Shown one piece after another: positions 38,719 through 47,668 of a stretch of 64,000 nt of DNA; the stretch's first letter is position 1, and every line of letters begins with the position of its first letter. Both the position numbers and the translations under genes were made by a program. This stretch comes from an uncultured Methanosarcinales archaeon (GTDB taxonomy: Archaea; Nanobdellota; Nanobdellia; Woesearchaeales; UBA12501). The stretch spans positions 110,957 through 174,956 of the forward strand of contig CAYWPA010000001.1 of NCBI GenBank assembly GCA_964459835.1, read 5' to 3'. The notes under the pieces are model-generated. The model saw only the letters and a program-made list of their open reading frames with translations, ran no database searches and was not told where the DNA came from.

Positions 38719-41700
38719 ATGAAAAAAATAAAAACATCGCTTATAATTTTTGCATCCATCATGTTTTCGATAGCGGCAGCCTCAGCAGCTGCGATAGAGT
38801 TTCAGACAATCGGAAAATCAGTTCCTGAAATAGAAATAAAGTTCCAGGAAGAAGTTTATATTATCGATGCGCAGTTCTACGGGATATTTGATCCAGAGGG
38901 CATTGGCTTGAATGTTTCTGCAGTTGAAGACCCATTCATCACCTATGCTCCTTATGTAAACATAATTGATGCTAAATTCACTTCCGACCTTTTCAACAAA
39001 ACATTTATTTTTAAGCCAGTTCAGAGCCTTCCAAAAGGAGTTTATGTTCTTCAGGTTGATGTAGAAGATATTGTTGGGAATGAAAACACAATACTGAAGT
39101 ATTTTGAGAACAAAGAGCCTATATTTTCTATTGACATTGCAAATCCAAGGCATGGAACAGCAACTTCAACAACATTTGATATTATCATTGAAACAAGATT
39201 CCCAGGGCCTTATGTTGCCCAGTGCAAATATGCCCTTTCAACAGACCCTAAATTTGACTTTAGCTTCCCTGGACTTTCACCGCTAAATTCGCCAAATGGC
39301 ACAACACATATTAAAGAGGGCTATACAAAGTCCGGCTTAGCAGGGCCGGACCCTCTTTATGTTGTCTGCAGGGACAGCCTTGGAAGGGTCAACCAGAGAA
39401 GGTTTGACCTGACAATAGATACAACGCCTCCAAATGTAGGCATTGTTTTTGAGCCGCCAAAAATAATTGAATATGTTGGAGGAAAAATACAAGTCAATCT
39501 CAAAGCACTGCCTGACGACCCAAGCATATGCAAGTACAACTACATTGAGAATCCTGTCGGAACTCCAATATATGAGCAGCTAATCCCTTTTACAGGATTT
39601 GATGTAAAGAATCCAAAAGCTTTCAAAAAAGAACATGTGCAAAATATTGTTCTTCCAGCAAATGAACAGGCAAGCTACATGTTTTTTGTTGCCTGTGAAA
39701 ACAAAGCAGGGATGAGATCTCCTATTGAATCAAAGGATCTGATTGTTGACTTAAAAGCACCAATGGAACTGACTGTAATAAACCCTCCACAATACACAAA
39801 CAAAACAAACACTTCAATTTACCTGAAAACAAACAAGGACTCTTACTGCACTTACAACAACCTTCAGATGTCTACCAACATAAACCTGCGCGCAAAAGAC
39901 CACAAAGCAGAAATGGGAGTATTAGGAGAGGGAAGGCATACTATAAGCTTTTACTGCATTGGCCCTGCAGGAAGCTTTGGCCAGCTTGAATACAGCTTTT
40001 CAATAGATACAACACCTCCTTCTGTTCCTGAAGTAAATGGAAGCTTTTTCACATGCTATGCAGACAGATTTTCCTTTACACCTCCAGTAATTTTCTCTTC
40101 AGCAGACGAGCAGTCAGGAATAAAGCATTATCTTTACTCAATAAAATCTTCCAGCGGCCTTATGATATCAAATAACTCTATTTCAGCAGGGGAACTAAAG
40201 GAAGTGGATGCAAAAGGTGAAAACATAACAGAGACAGGAACTTATACCCTAACAGCAAAAGCAGTAAACAATGTAGGGATTGAAAGCAAGGAATCAACTG
40301 GAATAAAAATAACTTATGATCCTGATAGGATAGAGTGCAAGGAAACAGACCCCCCAACAGTTACAGCTTCTGTTGAATACATTGAATCAAGGGCAGAAGT
40401 CACTTTGCTTTGCCAGGATGAAAGTGGATGTGATAACAACTCATTTTATTACGGCTTAAGCGAAGCAGGAAAATGCTCTCCTACTGTCAAGCTACCATCT
40501 CCTTTTAAAGTAACAGTGCTTAAAACACAATCTATTTGCTATAATGTAAGTGACATTTATGGAAATAGAGCAACAGGCTCAAAGCAAATAACAATAACAG
40601 TTTCCGGAAGCTGCAACAACGGAATCCTTGATTCAGGCGAAAGCGATGTTGACTGCGGCGGAAGCTGCCCTGCATGCGAACTTGGAAAGAGCTGTGTGGT
40701 TGATTTTGACTGCGCATCAGGATACTGTGAAAATGGCATCTGCAGCGAAGCAACATGCAGCGACGGCAAATTAAATGGGCCTGTGAACAACAAAGAAAGC
40801 GATGTTGACTGCGGAGGTTATTGTGTTTTTGAGGGAAAAGCATGTGATGTAGGAAAGAGCTGCATTAGCAATGACGACTGCGCTTCTTTGTTCTGCAATC
40901 CAAATGAAAAAACATGCATGGAATCAACCTGCGATGATGGATTCCAGGGAGGAGATGAAGAAGGCGTTGACTGCGGAAGAAGCTGTGATGCAATATGCGG
41001 AGATATGGATGGAGACGGAATGCCTGATGATTGGGAAGATGAATACGGATTAGATAAAAACAACCCAGATGATGCTTTGCTTGATAACGATAATGATGAC
41101 TTGATAAATGTTGAAGAATACAACAGAGGAACAAATCCATTGAACGAAGATACTGATGGTGATGGATATAATGATGGAGTAGAAGTAAGAAAAAAGACAA
41201 ATCCCCTTGACCCGACTGATTATCCTATTTCTCCTATCGGCACAATTTTGATGATTGCTGGCTTATTGCTGCTGTTAGGTGGCGGAGGCTACTTGATTTA
41301 TGCAAACCAGGACAAGCTTAAGGATTTATTTAAGCCAAAAGAGGCAAGACAGGCTCCAGGAATAAGGCCAGTTGCTCCTTCAGACATAGCAGCCCAGAAA
41401 AGGGCAGAAGATGAAAGGAAACGGCAGGCAGAAATGAGAAGAGTGCAGCTTGAAGAGAGAAGAAAAAAGCTGCAGGAGCTGTCAGGAAAGATAAAAGACA
41501 GGAGGGAAAGAAGGGAGAAGGCAGACAGGGAAAAGAGGGAAAAGCTGTTTGGAAAGTTCGCGCCAAAAAGAGAAATTGAAGCGGTTCAGAAAGAAGAGGC
41601 AGAAACAGGGGCAGAAAGGCCAGGCGGCTGGATATCTATTTCTGCCTTAAAAGAGAGGCTGGCTCCAAAAAAAGAAAAGGCAAAGGAAGCAGAAGAGTTC

Positions 41701-41907
41701 AAAAAGCTTACAGATATTGAAAAAGGAGAAGTTGATGAAAAGCTTGACAAGATAGCTGCAAAATATGAAAAAGCAGGAGCAGGGGATGAAATGTTTGAAA
41801 AGCTTGAAGGATATATAGAAAAAGAGACAGGCAAGACAGAGGAAAGGCTTGAAGAGCTGGCAAAGAAGAAGCGCGCAATTAAAAATGCAAGGAAGAAGTC
41901 TAAGTAA
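38719..41907 (+). CDS. Giant membrane-anchored surface protein (1062 aa): Ig-like repeats, Cys-rich CGGxC modules, Asp-rich Ca-binding (TSP3-like) repeats, C-terminal TM anchor and charged cytoplasmic tail
   Basis: Signal MKKIKTSLIIFASIMFSIAAASAAA. Module CGGSCPACELGKSCVVDFDCASGYCENGIC (x3, similar to the module in the 26492 protein). Repeat DTDGDGYNDGVEVRKKTNPLDPTD. TM ILMIAGLLLLLGGGGYLIY, then a KE-rich tail. Confidence 0.7.
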   Translation: MKKIKTSLIIFASIMFSIAAASAAAIEFQTIGKSVPEIEIKFQEEVYIIDAQFYGIFDPEGIGLNVSAVEDPFITYAPYVNIIDAKFTSDLFNKTFIFKPVQSLPKGVYVLQVDVEDIVGNENTILKYFENKEPIFSIDIANPRHGTATSTTFDIIIETRFPGPYVAQCKYALSTDPKFDFSFPGLSPLNSPNGTTHIKEGYTKSGLAGPDPLYVVCRDSLGRVNQRRFDLTIDTTPPNVGIVFEPPKIIEYVGGKIQVNLKALPDDPSICKYNYIENPVGTPIYEQLIPFTGFDVKNPKAFKKEHVQNIVLPANEQASYMFFVACENKAGMRSPIESKDLIVDLKAPMELTVINPPQYTNKTNTSIYLKTNKDSYCTYNNLQMSTNINLRAKDHKAEMGVLGEGRHTISFYCIGPAGSFGQLEYSFSIDTTPPSVPEVNGSFFTCYADRFSFTPPVIFSSADEQSGIKHYLYSIKSSSGLMISNNSISAGELKEVDAKGENITETGTYTLTAKAVNNVGIESKESTGIKITYDPDRIECKETDPPTVTASVEYIESRAEVTLLCQDESGCDNNSFYYGLSEAGKCSPTVKLPSPFKVTVLKTQSICYNVSDIYGNRATGSKQITITVSGSCNNGILDSGESDVDCGGSCPACELGKSCVVDFDCASGYCENGICSEATCSDGKLNGPVNNKESDVDCGGYCVFEGKACDVGKSCISNDDCASLFCNPNEKTCMESTCDDGFQGGDEEGVDCGRSCDAICGDMDGDGMPDDWEDEYGLDKNNPDDALLDNDNDDLINVEEYNRGTNPLNEDTDGDGYNDGVEVRKKTNPLDPTDYPISPIGTILMIAGLLLLLGGGGYLIYANQDKLKDLFKPKEARQAPGIRPVAPSDIAAQKRAEDERKRQAEMRRVQLEERRKKLQELSGKIKDRRERREKADREKREKLFGKFAPKREIEAVQKEEAETGAERPGGWISISALKERLAPKKEKAKEAEEFKKLTDIEKGEVDEKLDKIAAKYEKAGAGDEMFEKLEGYIEKETGKTEERLEELAKKKRAIKNARKKSK

Positions 41908-42889
41908 AAAAGGGATAGAAGTTCAATTTAATTGGATATTTATATTAATTATTGGTGTTTTGATTCTTGCTTTTTTTGTTGTGATGGTGCAAAAACAGAG
42001 GGAAGTCGCAAACAAGAAGCTTGCTGTTAATGTTCTTTCTGAGATCGATGTTATATTAACAGGAGAAGGTGTTGCAACAGGAAGAAGCGACATTCTTGAA
42101 ATACCGGAAATGCCTTTTGAATTTACATGCACTTCATATTCTGTTGCAGGCATTGGAAGAGATACAGGAAACTCAATAATATTTTCGCCTTACAATATTG
42201 AAAGCGACACGCTTTTAACATGGACTTTATCATGGAATATGCCGTATAAGATAGCAAACTTTCTTTACCTCACAACACCCGACATCACTTATTATTTTGT
42301 TAATGTTGAGGATTTTATTGTGGATGAGCTCCCAAACAACATAACAGTGAGAAAAGTCAAGGGTATTAATGACATTGAGCCGCAGGGTGAAGACCATATC
42401 AGGATTATTGCAACTGAGAATATTGCAGGACCTTTGCCTTCTAAGCTTAAAGGCCTCCCTGAAGAAGAGCTCACTGCCCTGGTTATTGGAGATGATAAGC
42501 TGGAGTTTTACAAGTCAGACCGAGAAAGCTTTGTTCCAGATGAGTTTGAAGGGAGCAATTCCTACCCTGCCTTAAGCAAAGAGACTTTATATGGGGCTGT
42601 TTTTGCCAACAGGTTTGAAGAGTACAAATGTACTATGGACAAGGCTGTGAAGAGATGGGGAAAAGTAAATGAGATATATATTATAAGGACAGAATTTTTG
42701 GAGGGAGTACACGGCGACATCACAGACCCATGCTGGGTTTATTATGCAGGAACAGAGTTTATAACAATAGGCCAGATTATAGGCGACGGGCTGCAGGAAG
42801 GTGATGCTGATTTCATTACGCCAACAATAAGGCAGCTGTCAGCAACAAATGACAATACTATATTTGCATCATGTCCTGAGCTGTACTAA
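41885..42889 (+). CDS. Membrane-anchored protein with pilin-like N-terminus (334 aa)
   Basis: MQGRSLSKKGIEVQFNWIFILIIGVLILAFFVV: a basic leader then a single N-terminal hydrophobic helix. The 5' end overlaps the preceding giant gene; start choice uncertain. Confidence 0.4.
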   Translation: MQGRSLSKKGIEVQFNWIFILIIGVLILAFFVVMVQKQREVANKKLAVNVLSEIDVILTGEGVATGRSDILEIPEMPFEFTCTSYSVAGIGRDTGNSIIFSPYNIESDTLLTWTLSWNMPYKIANFLYLTTPDITYYFVNVEDFIVDELPNNITVRKVKGINDIEPQGEDHIRIIATENIAGPLPSKLKGLPEEELTALVIGDDKLEFYKSDRESFVPDEFEGSNSYPALSKETLYGAVFANRFEEYKCTMDKAVKRWGKVNEIYIIRTEFLEGVHGDITDPCWVYYAGTEFITIGQIIGDGLQEGDADFITPTIRQLSATNDNTIFASCPELY

Positions 42890-42906
42890 ACAATAAAAAA
42901 TACAAA

Positions 42907-43434
42907 ATGAATAAATCAAAAAAAGCGCAGATAAAGATGGGAGAAACAATGGCGATTCTTCTAGTCTTCTTCATACTTCTTGGGCTTGGCTTGATTTTTT
43001 ACGGCTCTGTGCAGAAGGCATCAATACAGGAAAGCGGAAGAGAGGCTTTCCAGAGGGAAGCAGTAAAGATTGCGCTGAAAACAACATTTCTTTCTGAACT
43101 GCAGTGCAGCAAAAAGAATTTTGTAACAGAAAACTGCATGGATTTGTACAAGCTGGCTGCTTTGTCAGAAGTTATTAATCCACAGGCAGGAGGGTATGAC
43201 TCTGATTTATTTTTGTTCTATCAAAGAGATTTTGGCGATAGCGTCATAACAGTTCATGAGATTTTTCCAAGCCTTGGGCAGACATATATTCTGTATAAAA
43301 ACCAGCCACCGAATGTCGAGGATTATGACTCAATACCGACCTTCATTCCATTGTCGCTGAGGAACCCAACCAAAAGCTTAGGCTCGCAGTATGTTTTTGG
43401 GGTATTGAACGTAACTGTGTTTAAGAAAAGATGA
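42907..43434 (+). CDS. Type IV pilin-like protein (175 aa)
   Basis: MNKSKKAQIKMGETMAILLVFFILLGLGLIF shares the KKAQ[IL] leader with the 31762 protein (K-A-Q-I fits the FlaFind-type motif). Confidence 0.45.
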   Translation: MNKSKKAQIKMGETMAILLVFFILLGLGLIFYGSVQKASIQESGREAFQREAVKIALKTTFLSELQCSKKNFVTENCMDLYKLAALSEVINPQAGGYDSDLFLFYQRDFGDSVITVHEIFPSLGQTYILYKNQPPNVEDYDSIPTFIPLSLRNPTKSLGSQYVFGVLNVTVFKKR

Positions 43435-43964
43435 ACAAAATAATGAAAAAAAGAGGGCAAATGGAAATCATTGGATTGGCTGTTATAGTCATAATGCTGA
43501 GCTTTGGGCTTATTTTTGCCCTTAAAACAATGATAAAGCCTCCTTCTAAGATACAGGAAAGCTTTGCCCAGAAGCAGCTGAGCCAGAACATGATAGATGC
43601 GATGATAAAGTCATCTACGAACTGCCGCAGCCTGGATCTGCAGGAGCTGCTTATAGACTGTGCTAACAGCGGCCTCGGAGGAAGGATAGAGTGCTCAGGC
43701 GTAAAATCATGCACTTTTGTAAGAGGAGCAATGGAAACAATTCTGGAAAGAACACTTGATGAATGGGCTGTTCCGTATAGATTAAGGGTATATACTGGAA
43801 ATGAAGTTATCATAGGCGAGCCTGATGCCGGGCTTTATTTTGAAAACATGGAATGCGGAGCAAATATAGAAGCAGGAACAGCAGACGTAGAAACTCCAGG
43901 AATACAGCCTTTGCCTATAGAAAGCGGAACGCTTACTTTAATGCTCGAGATATGCAAATACTAG
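43431..43964 (+). CDS. Type IV pilin-like protein (177 aa)
   Basis: MNKIMKKRGQMEIIGLAVIVIMLSFGLIFAL: an R-G-Q-M class III signal-peptide motif then a hydrophobic helix. ATGA overlap with the upstream pilin-like gene. Confidence 0.5.
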   Translation: MNKIMKKRGQMEIIGLAVIVIMLSFGLIFALKTMIKPPSKIQESFAQKQLSQNMIDAMIKSSTNCRSLDLQELLIDCANSGLGGRIECSGVKSCTFVRGAMETILERTLDEWAVPYRLRVYTGNEVIIGEPDAGLYFENMECGANIEAGTADVETPGIQPLPIESGTLTLMLEICKY

Positions 43965-44695
43965 CTTATTGTAAACTCATAAGTTATATTCTGGTTTGGC
44001 TTATCTTTTGCTTTCAACTCTTCTTTAATTAAATCAAGAAGATCTTCCTCATGCCCTGCCCCAACAACAGCAAGAATTTTCTTATTTACATCTTCTTTCA
44101 TCAGCTTTGCCAAATTTTTTGCCATGACTTTATTTCTTTCTTCAACTAAAACTTTGTAGACATTCGGATATTTTTTCTTCAGCTCCTGCGTTAATTTTCT
44201 TATAAGCTTTTTTGCAGGAACTTTTGTCAGGTCAAATTTTTCCAGGCCGAGCCTTTTCATCTCTCTTTTCCTGAAGATCACTGTATAGAAAATATCATAA
44301 ACAAACCTCAGCCTTTCTTTCCATGTTATTGCTGCTGACAGCCTTCTTAGTGTTATCGAGATATCCTGGTCTATTAACGCAATCGGTATGTTGTTTTTCT
44401 TTGCAAGTTTTATGGCAGTAAGCATCTCTGTTCCCGGCATGACCCCAACAACCTGTCCCAGCTTTTTCTGGACCCATGCCCCTATCAAGGTAAAAACATA
44501 TCCTGTTACGCCTATTTTGAAGATATCGGCCAGATGGACTTTTCTTTTCTTTTTCTCCAAAAGCCCTTCAAGCCTAAGCCTGTCAAGCTCAACAGCCACC
44601 AAATCAGGCTTATTAGCCACTTCTTTTTCAACTTCCTCAATGCTTTCCCTAGCAATATGGGAAGTTCCAACTATAGTTAAATTATGGTATCTCAC
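43961..44695 (-). CDS. TraB/PrgY/GumN-family protein
   Basis: N-terminal GTSHIARESIEEV and C-terminal VVGAGHEEDL are signature TraB-family motifs; 244 aa. Confidence 0.65.
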   Translation of the reverse strand: MRYHNLTIVGTSHIARESIEEVEKEVANKPDLVAVELDRLRLEGLLEKKKRKVHLADIFKIGVTGYVFTLIGAWVQKKLGQVVGVMPGTEMLTAIKLAKKNNIPIALIDQDISITLRRLSAAITWKERLRFVYDIFYTVIFRKREMKRLGLEKFDLTKVPAKKLIRKLTQELKKKYPNVYKVLVEERNKVMAKNLAKLMKEDVNKKILAVVGAGHEEDLLDLIKEELKAKDKPNQNITYEFTIS

Positions 44696-44794
44696 AGCTT
44701 TTTTGCTGTTTTTAGGTTTATATAAAGGTTATTGCACCATCGAAACCTTTATATAGTAGGCAATGCAATATTCAAAGTAAATAGAGTGGTAAAA

Positions 44795-45073
44795 ATGCTG
44801 AGCATGCAGAAAATAACCGAAACTTACGGCATGAAAGTCTTTACCGATTCTGGCGAATACTTTGGAGATGTTGAGGAATCAATCCTGACAAAAACAAAGG
44901 TTTTCGGATGGAGGGTAAAGGCAACAAAAAATTCTTATCTTGCAAAAGTTCTTGGCTCTGCAAAAGGAGTTATTGTTCCGCACCAGCTTGTAAAGTCTAT
45001 AGGAGACATAATGATAATAAGCAGGGCAGCAATGCCTTCCTATACTCCTGAAGAAGAAAAGGCAGCGCATTAG
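44795..45073 (+). CDS. PRC-barrel domain protein
   Basis: ~92 aa from the ATG at 44795; the pattern …ITETYGMKVFTDSGEYFGDVEESIL…VIVPHQLVKSIGDIMII fits a PRC barrel. Confidence 0.45.
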   Translation: MLSMQKITETYGMKVFTDSGEYFGDVEESILTKTKVFGWRVKATKNSYLAKVLGSAKGVIVPHQLVKSIGDIMIISRAAMPSYTPEEEKAAH

Positions 45074-46101
45074 GCTTTTGGAATCTGCCAGTTATAGTCT
45101 TGCAATTTTCTTATTCTTCCGCTCGCATACCACGGCTTGTCATCTCTGTGATTTATTGTCATTGCCCATAAAAGAATTTCAATGTCTGCCCTGTTAAGCT
45201 TTCTTAGCTTCCCATCTTCATCAATCTTTAGAACATTATTAATAGCTTTAACGTAAAATTCAACAGTTTTTTCAGATGGCAGTGCAAATGGGCTCATTTC
45301 TAAAGGAGTTCTGTTTTTGGCTTTTGAACGATCAGAGCATATCTTCAAATAGGCTGCGACTTCATGAGGGCAGTAGATAAACACTTTTGAATCTTCTTTT
45401 TGATCCTCGTAGTTATATCTTATTCTGCCAAATTCTTTTGACTTGCAGTTGTGTGTTGACCTTAGCTTTGGCCAAAGGCTAAATCTTTTATTTGCTCTTT
45501 CAGTAGGCACACAATACAATGTAAATTCATGCTTGTCCTCCCCCTTTGTCCTCGATGGGACGCTAACAACAAATGTTGTTCCCTCTCTTCTTGATACTTT
45601 CGCACTATAATCAGCCATAATATCTATCGATGTAGAAGGCGTATTTTCTACATAAGCAAATATCCTTGCGCCTTCTATGCATGTTTCAAGAGAAATTCTG
45701 TTTGTTCTGCTATCGACACCAAAAGGCTTTATAGAATAACATGAATAAAAAGGAGAAGTTATGCTGCCAAAAGCCTGTGCCCTTAAGTCTAAAGGAGTGA
45801 GGGCAGAAGCAATCATATCTTCTTCGCTGGCAAATCTCTTAAGCTTTACATCAGGGCCATGTTTTTTGAATTTATTTACAGTCTGATCTCCAGGAATAAT
45901 CTGACATGTAACTAATACATATTGGCCTGATGCTGTATCTTCAATAACTTTTGCTATATCTTTAACAGTTTGGTCTGGCTCTATAACAATCTTTTCAAGC
46001 TTCTTTATTTGAGCTACTGTCCTCTCCTCAAAAAACTTCTTCTTTACCATTTTCCCCACTAAGCCTGTAAAATAGCCCCTATATTTAAACCTTATCAACA
46101 C
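45070..46101 (-). CDS. Hypothetical protein (343 aa)
   Basis: Long ORF with coding-like composition and no motif I can name. Confidence 0.45.
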   Translation of the reverse strand: MLIRFKYRGYFTGLVGKMVKKKFFEERTVAQIKKLEKIVIEPDQTVKDIAKVIEDTASGQYVLVTCQIIPGDQTVNKFKKHGPDVKLKRFASEEDMIASALTPLDLRAQAFGSITSPFYSCYSIKPFGVDSRTNRISLETCIEGARIFAYVENTPSTSIDIMADYSAKVSRREGTTFVVSVPSRTKGEDKHEFTLYCVPTERANKRFSLWPKLRSTHNCKSKEFGRIRYNYEDQKEDSKVFIYCPHEVAAYLKICSDRSKAKNRTPLEMSPFALPSEKTVEFYVKAINNVLKIDEDGKLRKLNRADIEILLWAMTINHRDDKPWYASGRIRKLQDYNWQIPKA

Positions 46102-46136
46102 AAACTATAAAAACAAGCGCTTGCTGCTATTAATTA

Positions 46137-46182
46137 TTGGGTGGATTGTTGTTTGGTTAGTGCCCGGAAGTTGATTCTAACA
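46137..46182 (+). promoter_or_regulatory. 46-bp conserved upstream element, copy 1 (ttgggtggattgttgtttggttagtgcccggaagttgattctaaca)
   Basis: Identical at 44 of 46 positions to 47598-47643. Ends 19 bp before the ATG of the 46202 gene. Confidence 0.75.
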
Positions 46183-46201
46183 ATATATCACAGAGAAGAC
46201 T

Positions 46202-47572
46202 ATGGAGCTGATTTACGCACCTAAATGGGGGATAGAAGACGATCGTGTCCAAGAGCTTGATCATTGCAGAGTAGAGCTTAATGAGCTAGATTCTATACTG
46301 GCTTTGGAGCGTAAGCATAACTCCGAATCTTTAGAAACAATTGAACAAAAAAGGAAAAAAATAAACTCTCTAAAAAAAGCGATTTCCGCTATAAAAAAGA
46401 ACCCGCCAAAGGGTTTTGATGCGCTTGTTCTAGAAGATATAGAGGAAAATGTTGAAAGGAATTTGGCAGAATATAGGCACTTTCATGAAGACGATGTAAA
46501 AAATCCTGAAAAAAACACAAAACTTGCAAAGTATCTTGCAGCAATATTCGGCAGGGCAACATATACCAACCTAATTGCCATGGCCCGTCCAAAAAACCTA
46601 GACCACGTTACCATACATGAATATTTTAAAATGCTCAATGACATACAAGTATCTTCATTTCCCCCAGGGCTTATCACAGGCTCCGACCGGTTTAAAAAAA
46701 TAAAAGGCGATGTGCATAAGTTACTTAATAAGTACAAAGAGCAGTTTGGTTTAATGTTCAATGACCTAGGGATAATACGCAGAGAATCTGATTCTGATTA
46801 TATGATTGATATTTCACCCGATGATGATACATCCTGGCATACTTTCCATGATGTAATGTCAATAAATGTTTCAGAAATGCCATATTACAAGAAAAAGCGC
46901 AGAGGAGATTATGAATTTATCAAGCCAATGGGGTTTTTAGTCGGGGTACATGAGAATGTTCACAGGCTTCATGAAGAAATAAGCGAGCTTTGCATGCCTT
47001 TTGGACTAAGGGAAAACCCAAAAGCCTCATCTCCTACCTGCCACAAGACGCCCTCAGAAGGGGTTTCTGAATATTCTGCTGAAGTAGCCTTGCCATGGGT
47101 AACAAAAAATATTGCTATGTTGGAGCTTAATGAAGAAGAGTGTAAACTGGCAAATCTTTATGTGCAGCTGGCAACAAGCTGTCTGATTAAGAGAACTCTT
47201 TTTGGTGTGCTGTGGTACAAGCATATGGAGGATGATGACAAAAAAGGAATGCCTGAATCAGCAAAAGTTGAAGCAAGGAAAGAGTTTGTACGAATTACAG
47301 GGGATACGAGGGCGTTGACAGACTATGAATATTATCAGATTATGGATATGGATGAAATATTAGATAATATGTCATATATTTTCGGTAAAAGAAGAATCGA
47401 GAGGATAGCCTATGAAGCAAGGAAAAAACATAACATCAGGAATAACGATGGCCTGATTCTGCAAGCATTGATGACTGGCATATGGACAAGCGAATATGCG
47501 CAGTTGAAATTCGTTCGCGATCATTATATACCTAGGGCAATAGAAGACGGCTATTTAACCCGAAACCCTTAA
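46202..47572 (+). CDS. Hypothetical protein with an HExxH motif (possible zinc-metallopeptidase-like), 456 aa
   Basis: …GVHENVHRLHEE… contains HENVH; no other family-level recognition. Preceded by the conserved 46-bp element. Confidence 0.45.
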   Translation: MELIYAPKWGIEDDRVQELDHCRVELNELDSILALERKHNSESLETIEQKRKKINSLKKAISAIKKNPPKGFDALVLEDIEENVERNLAEYRHFHEDDVKNPEKNTKLAKYLAAIFGRATYTNLIAMARPKNLDHVTIHEYFKMLNDIQVSSFPPGLITGSDRFKKIKGDVHKLLNKYKEQFGLMFNDLGIIRRESDSDYMIDISPDDDTSWHTFHDVMSINVSEMPYYKKKRRGDYEFIKPMGFLVGVHENVHRLHEEISELCMPFGLRENPKASSPTCHKTPSEGVSEYSAEVALPWVTKNIAMLELNEEECKLANLYVQLATSCLIKRTLFGVLWYKHMEDDDKKGMPESAKVEARKEFVRITGDTRALTDYEYYQIMDMDEILDNMSYIFGKRRIERIAYEARKKHNIRNNDGLILQALMTGIWTSEYAQLKFVRDHYIPRAIEDGYLTRNP

Positions 47573-47597
47573 ATATTACCTGCACCTTACTGTTTTT

Positions 47598-47643
47598 GTT
47601 GGGTGGATTGTTGTTTGGTTAGTGCCCGGTGATTGATTCTAAC
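47598..47643 (+). promoter_or_regulatory. 46-bp conserved upstream element, copy 2
   Basis: See copy 1. Ends 25 bp before the ATG (47669) of the HAD hydrolase gene. Confidence 0.75.
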
Positions 47644-47668
47644 AGAAAAAGTTACGATAGGGGGCACT

